Assembly: GCF_009914755.1 (NCBI RefSeq)
Contig: NC_060933.1
DNA: 64,000 nt
Direction: 5' to 3' (one strand)
Source: the human T2T-CHM13v2.0 reference genome, Homo sapiens
In this document: one piece after another, positions 27,350 to 38,860 of the stretch
Numbering within the stretch: position 1 is the stretch's first letter
How the letters are laid out: each line of letters opens with the position of its first letter
Program-made: the position numbers and the translations under genes
Notes under the pieces: model-generated
What the model saw: the letters and a program-made list of their open reading frames with translations, nothing else
Database searches by the model: none
What the model was told of the DNA's origin: nothing

Positions 27350-27557
27350 AACTAGTTTACAGTCCCACCAACAGTGTAAAAGTGTTCCTATTTCTCCACA
27401 TCCTCTCCAGCACCTGTTGTTTCCTGACTTTTTAATGATTGCCATTCTAACTGGTGTGAGATGGTATCTCATTGTGGTTTTGATTTGCATTTCTCTGATG
27501 GCCAGTGATGATGAGCATTTTTTCATGTGTCTTTTGGCTGCATAAATGTCTTCTTTT
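27350..27557 (-). mobile_element. L1PA3-like element, inverted 5' segment (ORF2 C-terminus)
   Basis: Minus-strand translation [69 protein letters not shown] is L1 ORF2p. Confidence 0.93.
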
Positions 27558-28150
27558 AGGAAGTCAATGTGGTGATTCCTCAGGGATCTAGAACTAGAAA
27601 TACCATTTGACCCAGCCATCCCATTTCTGGGTATATACCCAAAGGACTATAAATCACGCTGCTATAAAGACACATGCACACGTATGTTTATTGTGGCACT
27701 ATTCACAATAGCAAAGACTTGGAACCAACCCAAATATCCAACAATGATAGACTGGATTAAGAAAATGTGGCACATATACACCATGGAATACTATGTAGCC
27801 ATAAAAAATGATGAGTTCATGTCCTTTGTAGGGACATGGATGAAATTGGAAATCATTCTCAGTAAACTATCGCAAGGACAAAAAACCAAACACTGCATGT
27901 TCTCACTCATAGATGGGAATTGAACAATGAGAACACATGGACACAGGAAGGGGAACATCACACTCTGGGGACTGTTGTGGGGTCGGGGGAGGGGGAGGGA
28001 TAGCATTAGGAGATATACCTAATGCTAAACGACGAGTTAATGGGTGCAGCACACCAGCATGGCACATGTATACATATGTAACTAACCTGCACATTGTGCA
28101 CATGTACCCTAAAACTTAAAGTATAATAATAATAAAAAAAAGAAAAAAAA
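27558..28150 (+). mobile_element. L1PA3-like element, sense 3' segment with 3'UTR and A tail
   Basis: MFIxALFTIAKTWNQPK...HCMFSLI; 3'UTR gcattaggagatatacctaatgctaaa.gacgagttaatgggtgcagcacaccagc...gtaactaacctgcacattg. Confidence 0.93.
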
Positions 28151-29927
28151 TATGTCACCTGTAAAAAAAAAATGTATAGTAAATATTTGCTTGTGTATAT
28201 TCTTCTCTCAATTTTGCACATCCCTAATGCCTACTATCCTGAGTCTTAATGGATGCTTATTACAATTTAATACAATAATACAACAATAAACATGATAATA
28301 ATAATAATTAACACAGCCTTTGAAGTGTCCTCTGTGGGCCCCAACATTCTGATGTCCAAGTACTGGATGATGGCAGAAGGGCAAGATGTTTTTGAATGAA
28401 AGAAATGGAAAGTATCACTTTAACAAAGAGAAAAAAAAAAGGAAAAAGCACCAAAAAAGAAAGAAAGGCATGCTCATTTGGCAGTCAAGGAACACAGTCC
28501 TTTTAAAAAGCAATCCTCTGCCAAGTTTTTGGCTTCTGTTTGTTGTTGTTTTAAAGGTAAACACAATTAAGAAAGAAAATAGCAAGTTGTTAAAAGCACA
28601 GCTGAATATTTATGTTTTCCTTCTGAGACTTCTGGGCCTATTTCTGGGGATCTTTCTTCGCTACTGAACATCAAAACTCAAACCACCACAAAAATAACTC
28701 TTCCGCACCATTTTGCCTTGGAAAAGTGGTAAGTTTCATTTTCCCGTCCCTTTTAGATTGCGTTATAATTTCTCAAAGTGAACATCAACGTTATAATTTT
28801 CTCTTCCATTTCACAAAACACACACTTTTGTGTTCTGAAAATTCCATGTTATCAAGCCTTAGCAGGCAGTAGGGTAGAGCTATCTGATCTCATCTTAATT
28901 GCTTTAGCCTAGATAAGCAACTATACTGATGATAAGACCCCCAAATGAGTTAATAATCATTAGGGCTTATTCTTTTCTGAACTCTTTGAATTTGTTTTGC
29001 CAGAGAGGCAACTTCAGCTCTTGCCTGCGTGTTTGTGGGAACTCCCCAACAATCTCTTAGTCCATTGCAAGTCTGCTAATTCATTCAACTCTCGTTCTTT
29101 TTTTTTTTTTTTAACACCTGTGTGGAGACATAGCTACAGTTAATTCCAATAAAGTAAGTGTCTGAATCAAAACTTACTGTACGTGAACACTCATTTCAAA
29201 CTGTGGACATTATGATGGGATGAAGAAAACAACAGAGAGGAGAGTTAGTGAACAGCATCTCAGCTCTGTTGTGAATGCCACTCAAGCTTGCTTGTTATGA
29301 AGTCCCTTCTGGCTGCCTCCAGGTGATAGTCCCTCCCATCCATGGAAAAAGGTCTCTCTGAAAGATATTGCAGCTTGCATATTTAATTGCTCATCACAGA
29401 CTACCTTTTTTCATCTTCTTATGATTGGAAAACCTTCTGGGACACCTGGGAGATTGTTTGGAGAAGTACTTCCCATCCCTCTGAATATTGGTATTTTGAA
29501 GCATGATGATAATTCCTCAGAATACAAAATGCTTAAAGAGCGATGTTGTAGCAGGAATACTGGGAGGCAGGAAAGTCTGAGGCCTCCTCAGGTGGTTGCT
29601 TTCCCATGGCGAAGCAAATATCCACATAAAACAAGCTGAGGCTGTATTTACAAGCATAGCATGGGTGGGCACGTGGGTACTTTCTCGTTCTCACATGCAA
29701 CATACCAGAGACATGCAAACGTGCCGTGTGTACACTGTCCAGTGATGGCTTCAACACTCTCCACATCAGTCTCCTCATCTCCATGTTTCCCTGGCCACCG
29801 CTCTGCCTTTCACTCTGTGCTGTGCTCATGTCTCTCCCCAGATGGAAATGTTCAATGATTTTGTGCTGTGTAGGATCAACTTCAAAGCCCATCACTGAAA
29901 GTGTTCCTTAATATGGGGTTAACAGCC

Positions 29928-30415
29928 TGGAGTAGACAGAATAATGCCTGTACAGATGTCCACACCTATCTTAATCCCTGAAACCTGGGAATATGTTATC
30001 TTACATGGCAAGAGGGATTTTGCAGCTGTGATGAAGTTAATTACAACATAAGGAGAAGATCCTGGTGGGCCCAGTGTAATCACAAAGGTCCTTACAGAGG
30101 AAGGCAGGCGAGTAGGAGTCAGAGAGGAGATGTGATGACGTAGACAGAGGTTGGAGCAATGTGCTTTGAAGATGGAGGAAGGGGACACAAGCCAAAGAAT
30201 GCAGGTGGTCTCTAGAAGCTGGAAAGGCAGGAAACAGATTCTCCCCTACAGTCTCCAGAAGACATACAGCTCTGCCAACACCTTGATTTTAACCTGTACA
30301 ACCCATTTTGGACTTCTGACCTATGGAACTGCTGTATAATAAACTTGTGCCATCTTAAGCTGTTAAGTTTGCAGTCATTTGTTACAGCAGCAATAGGAAA
30401 CAATAGGAAACTCAT
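29928..30415 (+). mobile_element. MaLR solo LTR, MLT1D-like
   Basis: gtagacagaataatg...ttacatggcaagagggattttgcag...ctagaagctggaaaggcaggaaacagattctcccc...ttgttacagcagcaataggaaac. Confidence 0.85.
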
Positions 30416-30419
30416 CTTC

Positions 30420-30780
30420 TACCTGTCTCTCCTCATCTCCCTGAAGCCTCAGGTAAAGCCTTGCTTGTTCACCCAGGGTGTTTTACAGAGCCTGACTCTG
30501 CAGCTTTTATTCATCCTGAAGTCACTTCTGTTTTCTCTGAACATCTCTAGGAATTATTCTGAGACTACCTTAGATGTCCTCTTACTCATAGGCAGTATTA
30601 TAACATTTCTACTATTACTTTAAGCTAAATTTAATTTTTTGTGACTATTTTAGTTTTCTCCTTTAACTAAATTTTAACTTCTCTGGGGATGGGGCTTATG
30701 TCATATTATTTTCTTGTTTTACCCAGGATCCCTAGCATGATATCATGCACAAAGAAAGCATTAAATTGGTATTTATAAGT
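30420..30780 (+). mobile_element. L2 3' fragment
   Basis: cctgactctgcag...ctctggggatggggctta...ccctagcatgatatcatgcac. Confidence 0.45.
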
Positions 30781-31349
30781 TTGGTTTTTGTAAACTGAGA
30801 CATATTATGTAATGCCATAAGGGGATTTATTATAAAATGCTCAAGTAGACTCTCTTTTTAACTGCTTCATAGAATTAAAACTGGCAGATTTTCATAGAGA
30901 CTCTAATTTTTTGAATTAGCATCATAGAATGACTCTATAGGACTGTGATTACTGATCAATAATAGAAAATTAGGAAATAGAAAACAAATTATAAAGATGA
31001 TAGGAAGGAAATGGTAGGAGAACTAGAGAAGGCACTAAAATTCTCAAAGACACTTTCCCAGGTAAATCATGACATGCCTTAGTGCAGATGTAACACACAA
31101 AATGGACTGATTTAGCCTTTAAACTTTAGAACTTATATTGAGGCATTTATGTGGCCTCCAAGCTCCTGTTCAATGCCAGGTAGTGAGGGTGTTTCCCAGT
31201 AAGGTTATAGGGGAGAGTGTCATAGACTCCCATTAGTTTTTCCACCAAGAAGCTCTCCAGTGATGAGTTAAAATCCACAGATGATAATCTTCCCTAAAGG
31301 ATCATAGTAAAATATTATAGGATCTGCCTGTATCACGGGCCTGTACATC

Positions 31350-31910
31350 AGCAGTTAAAAGCCAGGCTCATAATCAACTGCCTAGATGGAAATCCTAACT
31401 CCATTTCTTAGTGGTTGAGTAAGCTTTCAAGTCTCTCTGGTCTCAGTACTTCAGCTCTGCAATGGGGATATTATAAATACCTCTTTCATTCACCTATGGT
31501 AAGGACGGAATGAGATGCAGTAGTTTCCCCCTATCCATGAAAGATATGTTCCAAGACTCCCAGTGGATGCCTGAAATCATGGATAGTACCAAATCCTATG
31601 CAACATAAACTATGTTTTCTTTTATTCATACATACCTATGATAAAGTTTAATTTATAAATTACAAACAGTAAGAGACAAACAACAATATAATATACTCTA
31701 ATAAATGTTATATGAATGTGGTCTCTCTCTCTCTCTCAAAATATCTTACTGTATGGTACCTTGCGTAACTGAAAGAATGGAAAGAGAAACTGCAAAAAGT
31801 GATTTTGAATACCAAATCACCGGGGGGACAAGGGGACTGTCATGTATGTAGAGTGCTCAGCGGAATGTCTGGAACATAATATGTCCTTATGAAAGATAAA
31901 TTGCAGTTAC
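31350..31910 (+). mobile_element. MIR interrupted by MER44A
   Basis: aatcctaactcc...ctcagtacttcagctctgcaatgggga; resumes atgtatgtagagtgctcag..gtctggaacata. Confidence 0.6.
31518..31840 (-). mobile_element. MER44A (Tigger7-derived Tc1/mariner MITE)
   Basis: cagtagtttccccctatcc...ttccaagactcccagtggatgcctgaaa...catacctatgataaagtttaatttataaatt...gtaactgaaa. Confidence 0.8.
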
Positions 31911-32344
31911 TGTTATCTCTGAAAATCTTTTTGGGTCATTTTTGTAATCTTTTGAAACACAAACCAGTTGAGCCTGTTTCTAGATGAATGGAGAAGAAAG
32001 AGCTGCTCCATAGGAAGAAAAGGCACAGAGAAAAGGAGAATTAAGTGGTAGGATGAAGACCAGTGTTTAAACAGTAGACCTCAAGGCAAGGTAAGCTCTA
32101 GCAAATGTTTCCAAATCAATCCACCGTTATCATTAGCATTTCTGTATTTGTATGCACTGCTAGTGAAAACAACTGGGAAGGATAAAAGAGTCATCTTTTC
32201 TGGCAACTGGCTGGAAGCCAAGCACCTTACAGGCTGCACAACTTCAACAGCATTATCATAACCACAGAATAAGGAAGACATCATTTCTCCCATTTTACAG
32301 CTTCAGAAATGTGGTTCAGTAAAAGCAGCTAGACACTCCAAACA

Positions 32345-32622
32345 ATACATACCATTTTATTCCATACAAATATAGTTTTTAAAGAGGGGGTGCAACATCA
32401 AATTTTAATGTTAGAATTCAAGAGAGTGGCTAATCTGGAGAGGAGAGAGGACTAGAGATTGGAGGGGCCCAAGAGGAGATTTTGAGGGGCTGGCAATTGT
32501 CCATGTCTTGGCTTGGGTGGTGGCTACACAGACTTGTTTGGTGATAACACTTCGAGGTATGCATTGATATTTTGTGCGCTTTTTGCAAGTGTGCTGTATT
32601 TTGACTAAAATGTTTACAAAAA
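32345..32622 (+). mobile_element. L1ME-type 3' end inserted in an antisense MIR (about 32200-32700)
   Basis: ggggctggcaattgtccatgtcttggcttgggtggtggctacacag...tgtattttgactaaaatgttt. Confidence 0.6.
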
Positions 32623-34477
32623 TGAGGCTTGGAAGGAGTAAATAACCTGTTCAAGTTCACGCTGGAAACCTCCAGAAGAGTATGTATTCATACTCATGTT
32701 CCTCAGACTGGGCACCAAAATCTACAGTCTTTGCCAAGCTCTGCTATCTTGAAAGTGGGTGAATAAACAAATGCATCTCCTGCATCAACAGTAGCCTAAG
32801 CTTTGGTCTAGAAAACTTCTCTCTGGGGTCAGAAAGAAATCTTTTAAAGCAAGACTTTAAAATTAAAACTAATAAAGGCCAATTATAATATTAAAGATTC
32901 TACCACCTTTATATTTTTCTCTTACAAAATGTGTTTTCTCTGGTGGTTTCTTCTTTTGGCTAGGGAGGTTTCTAACCTCAGTTTTAAATTTCATAGAGTT
33001 TTCTTGGCAAATCAGTGACTACAGATCAATTTAATGAGTGATTTCTCAAAGGAAAGTTCAAATTTCATCTAGAACTGCTATTCTGAAGTAGCATACGCTG
33101 CCTGGGTATTTGTCAGCATTATTTTTATTCTTATTATTTATCCCAATTATGATTAAGATATATTTTCTACTTATTGTCTGTCTTTCCTAAATTAGATCAT
33201 AAACTCCAAAAGGGCAAGGACCAAGCTTTTTTATTTTACAGTATATAACCCATGCCTACAATAAGCTCAAAGCTGAGGTTTTAGGTGAATGAATGGATAC
33301 TTAAGTTAATGAGTTAATTAACAGAGAGGTAACAGAAGAACCAGAGCTTAAAAACTATGAGACATTTTGGTAAGTGGCAGAAATGTGTTACTGAAGTGAA
33401 GGCAACAATCTCAGTATCATTGCTGTTTTTTACTTGTGGTTCCTCATTCTGTTTCATTTCCCTAGATAACTGGTTGGGACAGCAAGCATTCACTGAGAAG
33501 TAACTAATTTCTAGGCTCTGTCAAAAGGCCAGGAAGAATCTACAATCCCCGTGGTTGAGGAACTCACAGAGAAATTTCCAGTTGTATTCTGAGCTGATGT
33601 GAATTATTATAAATAACAAGTTTCAAGCAGAGCCTTAGGTGTGACTCCTGTCCTTGACTGATTTTCATAAATCACAATCTGTATATGAATAATAGATATT
33701 TTCATTAACCACAGGGTTTCAAATAAATCACCTTTTGCTTTCCAAAGATTCTGCTTAGGTGTCTAGTTCTATTTCAGCAATCAGAAGAATTTTCTAAATC
33801 TGACCTTTTCTGACTCTTTTCTGTTATATGGGACAATAAAAGTTGAGATCAGTCTGTATTTCTCTGCCTCATTTTAATTTTCTTTGTATAATATAATGTG
33901 CACCATATTTAGCTTGTGGTTGTTTTTAATTTAGTACAGTAAGCCAGTATCTGAACAGAATCTCATTGTTATCTACATTCTGTTGTTCCTAATCTTATCA
34001 TGCCCTAGTTCTCTAACTCACTCACTCTCCCCCATCTGACTTCTAGCTTCTCCCAGAATAGCTACAGTGTCATGCTCTCAAATTATCCTTTTTTTTATTT
34101 ATTTTTTTTAAATTCACAGTAAAAGCAACTCATGGGCATTTTCCTTTGGCACATAAAATAGTTCCATTGGTGCATCAGTCAGAAGGCCAAAAGATTCCTT
34201 GCTTTCAAGAATAGCACTGAACATATTTATGGCATTTTAAACTCAGTAATTATTGTACTTTGATTTTACAACTTCAAAAAAGGTGGTCCCAGTAATAAGT
34301 AATGTGCTAAGTTTAAATTAGAACTGTTGCATTTTATCCCCCCCTTTTTGAACAAAAATGATTTTGAAGACCAAATCACAGATTTCAGTGTAGTCAGGAA
34401 GTACTAAAATTTTATAACAATCAAGTGACACAGAGAAAAGAGTCATTAGTTTTGTGACTGTATTTTAAAAAGAAGAC

Positions 34478-34841
34478 ATCAAAAACCTCTTCTGCATTTA
34501 TTGAGACAACCATGTGGTTTTTGTCTTTAGTTCTGTTTATGTGAGGAATCACATTTATTGATTTGTGTATGTTGAACCAACCTTGCATCCCAGGGATAAG
34601 GCCTACTTGATCGTTGTGGATAAGCTTTTTGATATGCTGCTGGATTCTATTTGCCAGTATTTTGTTGAGGGTTTTTGCATCATTGTTCAATATCCTATGA
34701 GGCCAAGGATATTGGCCTGAGGTTTTCTTTTTTCATTGTATCTCTGCCAGGTTTTGGTATCAGGATGATGCTGGACTCATAAAGTGGGTTGCGGACAAGT
34801 CTGTCCTCCTCATTTTCTTAGGATAGTACCAGTAGGAATGG
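34478..34841 (-). mobile_element. L1PA13-16-like element, inverted 5' segment (ORF2 RT region)
   Basis: Minus translation [68 protein letters not shown]. Confidence 0.92.
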
Positions 34842-35874
34842 CAACAAAAGCAAAAATTGACAAATGGGATCTCTTTAAACTAAAGAGCTTCTATACGGTA
34901 AACAAAACTATCAACAGAGTAAACAGACGCTACAGAATGGGAGAAAACTTTTGAAAACTATGCATCTGACAAAGGTCTAATATCCAGCATCTAAAAAAAC
35001 AAACAAATTTACAAAAAAAAAAAACCACAAAGAAACAACCCCATTAAGAAGTGGGCAAATAGCATGAACAGATAATTTCCAAAAGACGACATACATGCGG
35101 CCAACAAGCATATGAAAAAAAGCTCAACATTACTGATTAGAGAAATGCAAATCAAAACCACAATGAGATACCATCTCACACCAGTCAGAATGGCTATTAT
35201 TAAAAAATCAAGAAATAACAGGTGCTGGCAAGGTTACAGAGAAAAGGGAGCACTGTTACACCATTGGTGGGAGTGTAAATTCATTCAACCATTGTGGAAA
35301 GCAGTGTGGCAATTCCTCAAAGACTTAGAAACAGAATTACCATTTGACCAGCATTCCATTACTGGGTATTTATCCAAAGGAATATAAATCATTCCATCAT
35401 AAAGACACATGCATGCTTATGTTCATTGCAGTGCTATTCACAAAAGCAAAGATGTGGAATCAACTTAAATGCCCATAAATGGTCGACTAGATAAATAAAA
35501 TGTGGTACATATACACCATGGAATACTATGCAGCCATAAAAAAGAATGAGATCATATTCTTTGTAGAAACATGGATGGAGCTGGAGGCCATTATCCTTAG
35601 CAAACTAACAAAGGAATAGAAAACCAAACACCGCGTGTTCTCACTTATAAGTGGGAGCTAAATGATGAGAACAAATGGACATATAGAGGGGAACACCACA
35701 CATTGGGGTTTATTGGAGGGTGGGAGGAGGGAAAGGATCAGGAAAAATATCTTATGGGTACTCAGCTTAATACCTGGGTGATAAAATAATCTGTACAACA
35801 AATCTCCACATCAAAGGTTTACCATATAACAAACCTGCACATGTATCCCTGAACTTCAAATAAGAGTTTAAAAA
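34837..35874 (+). mobile_element. L1PA13-16-like element, sense 3' segment
   Basis: ORF2 C-terminus ([24 protein letters not shown]) and 3'UTR ggatcaggaaaaat...cttaatacctgggtgat.aaataatctgtacaacaaa. Confidence 0.92.
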
Positions 35875-36569
35875 TGATATTTTAAAAGTTTAAATGTAAA
35901 TCCCTGTCCAAGTTCAGAAGATTTAAATTTAATATACTTAATATATAAATGAAATGTTTGTAATTGTGAACTTAGAATTGGGTAACAAAGCAAAAACAAA
36001 ACACAACAAAAACAAATAAAAACAATAACAGAAAAGAAGCAGTTTTCCCTTGTGAAATTCTTCTGGAACTTCTGGAACTCTAATGAGGAAATGCTACCTT
36101 TTCTTTTAAAACTGTGGTTTTCTCACAAATTTCATTCTAATGCTATTCAACTCTACCAAATGTGGAACATTTTAATTCTGCATAATTCCAGTTTCTTAGA
36201 GACGACTCTAAAGTCCCAGTTCCTTGGGGACAGTCAGTGCTAAGAAAGATCAGAGAACAGAGGAATCCCTGTGGGCAGGAGGGGAGGGAAGGTTGGAAAG
36301 ATTTTGTGAAAAAGGGAAATCTTGACTAGGACTTGAGTGGGTTGAATTTGGATGGTAAGACATAAACTCTAAATATGTTTTTTTTAAATTTTTTAAAAAT
36401 ATAAGCAGAAAAAGCCCATGCATACAGTGAGAGATAAAGTTAGATACATTTTCTGATCCAAAGAAATTCTGTGTTTACTTTGTGAACTTATACTACAGAT
36501 AGTTGCATAAAATAATATGAATCACCATGTCACTTTATGCAAGTACACAAAGAACTTTTCATGTCTATT

Positions 36570-36860
36570 AGCATTCTCAAAGTGTGTCCCATGGAACACA
36601 TAAGATGTTAATAGATGATCTCTGAATAAAGGGCTTCTGTGATCAAATTATTTGGGACCCCTCTCCTCTGAGTAAAACAAGACTCAACAATTTCTTTTTA
36701 GCCTTCCATAATTCTTAGCATCATTATGATGTGAATATTTATTGAGAAACTCTAAGAGGGTGATTTATATAGGGTTTTGAAAATTTACCTTATCATAAAA
36801 CCTTTCTCTTGGGATATTTCAAGGGTTTAATGGTCCCCACAATACACTGTGGATAAAGCT
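36570..36860. mobile_element. hAT-Charlie MITE (MER112/MER113-like)
   Basis: agcattctcaaagtgtgtcccatggaacac...ttctgtgatcaaattatttggga. Confidence 0.45.
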
Positions 36861-37761
36861 AATTCATACTATCTCATGTGACCTCCATAGAAACGAAGCT
36901 GGAATTATTATCTCCATTTTATAGATGAGAATTGTGAGACTGATATGTCCTTTAGGGCCCTGCTCAAGTCACATCTCTTTTATGAAATTTCTCCAGGCCA
37001 TCCAAGTCCTGGGTCCTTGCATTCATTTTAATAATGGTCATATTTACTCTTTATCCTTTTTCCATAAGAAATTGCATTGCTTACCTCTTTCCCTGAGTAT
37101 CCTGTCTTCTCACTAAGGTGCTCTTTAAGAACTAGTATTGTGTATTGCATACTATGCAACCCTCATTGAGCCATATAATAGGTATACAATGTGCTTATAT
37201 TGATAAATTAAGGGCTTCTTTACAGAAAGCAAAAACACTTAAAGATTAATGTCACTCAAGATATGTCCCTACAATGGGCAGGGCTCTGTGTTGGTTTTTC
37301 ATCCCATTTTGGCAATGAATAGGTACTGAAGACTCTCCCGGAACAGACTGCATCAAATGGTGATTGTTATACACTCAAGTGGATTCCTTCCTTCCTTTAT
37401 CATGCAATCAGTGCAGATTCTCAGTTCATATCTGTCCCTGGAGTCTTACTCCACCAGCTTGTATGAATCTGAGAGCCCCTCTTATGCTGGGATTCAGTTC
37501 TATTCCAAGGGTTCATATTGCACATTGTATTGCTCCAGATCACTCTGACTTTTAAAAGTGATCCAGGTCACCAGTGTAGCAAATATTAAATACTGTCTGT
37601 GAAATTGTTGTACTGGCTTCAGAGAAAAGGAGAAGAAAATGAACATTGTGGGATGGTTTTTTTTGTGTTTATGTGTCGGGGCTGTGATAAGTTCTTCGCA
37701 TATATTTTCTCATTTGATCCTTACAACAATTATATAAGGTAGATAGTATTCTATTTTATAG

Positions 37762-38414
37762 ATAAACGGTGTTGGGAAAACTGGCTAGCCATATGCAGAA
37801 AGCTGAAACTGGACCCCTCCCTTACACCTTATACAAAAATCAACTCAAGATGGATTAAAGACTTAAACATAAGACCTAAAACCATAAAAATCCTAGAAGA
37901 AAATCTAGGCAATACCATTCAGGACATAGGCATGAGCAAAGACTTCATGTCTAAAACACTAAGAGCAATGGCAACAAAAGCCAAAATTGACAAATAGGAT
38001 CTAAATAAACTAAAGAGCTTCTGCACAGCAAAAGAAACTATCATCGGACTGATGAGGCAATCTACAGAATGGGGGAAAATTTTTGCAATCTATCCATCTG
38101 ACAAAGGACTAATATCCAGAATCTACCAACTATCATTCTCAGCAAACAATTACAAGAACAGAAAACCAAACACCGCATGTTCTCACTCATAAATGGGAGT
38201 TGAGCAATAAGAACACATGGACACAGGGAGGGGAACATCACACACCAGGGCCTCTCAGGGGGTGGGGGGCTAGGGGAGGGATAGCATTAGGAGAAATACC
38301 TAATGCAGGTGACAGGTTGATGGGTACAGCAAACCACCATGGCACGTGTACACCTACATAATGAAACTGCACATTTGACACAGGTACCCCAGCCCTTAAA
38401 GTTAAAAATAATAA
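37762..38414 (+). mobile_element. 5'-truncated L1PA7/8-like element with an internal deletion, inserted in an antisense MIR
   Basis: ggtgttgggaaaactggctagccatatgcaga...; jump at about 38126 from ccagaatctac to atcattctcagcaaac; 3'UTR ggttgatgggtacagcaaaccaccatggcacgtgta. Confidence 0.9.
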
Positions 38415-38525
38415 GACATTATGTAAAAACTAAGGAAATCTGAATAAAATATGAATGTTGTTAAATAATAATGTGTTGGTCATGAATAGCCAATACTATT
38501 AATTATTAATAAACAATGTTAATGA
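38415..38525 (+). mobile_element. Short older L1MC/MD-type 3'UTR fragment abutting the L1PA tail
   Basis: gacattatgtaaaaactaaggaaatctgaataaaatatg...aataataatgt. Confidence 0.5.
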
Positions 38526-38569
38526 ATAAGAAATGTAATCTCAAAGAGTTTAACTTCTTAGGCTTTATA

Positions 38570-38734
38570 GTGAAATAGTTGAATTTCATGAGTTCTGCAG
38601 ATAGAATATTGTGTTGAAATCTCCTGCCTCTTATAAATTGTGTGATTTAACCACTTTCTGTCTCAGTTTCCTCATCTGTAAATAGCATAATAATCCTACA
38701 CACCTGCAGGATTGTTGTGAAGACTGAATGATTT

Positions 38735-38769
<35 letters not shown>

Positions 38770-38860
38770 TAAGAAATTATATAATTATGTGTATGTTATA
38801 TATATATTTAAGAATAGTGCTTGATACATACTGAATGGTAACTCTTATTACCACTACTAT
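38570..38860 (+). mobile_element. MIR containing (TA)13(CA)4 at 38735-38769
   Basis: ctcagtttcctcatctgtaaat...ggattgttgtgaagactgaatg. Confidence 0.8.

Noticed and set aside
27317-28119. ORFs with clear protein similarity (also 34421-34690, 35112-35387, 40793-40978)
   Set aside because: They are fragments of L1 ORF2p in truncated, rearranged elements, not host genes.
29690-29725. p53-like CATG half-sites (others at 17469, 21263, 31070, 63927)
   Set aside because: Isolated or mismatched half-sites; no complete paired response element.
38258-38280. G-quadruplex motifs here and at about 27967-28000
   Set aside because: Ordinary G-rich tract of L1PA 3'UTRs.
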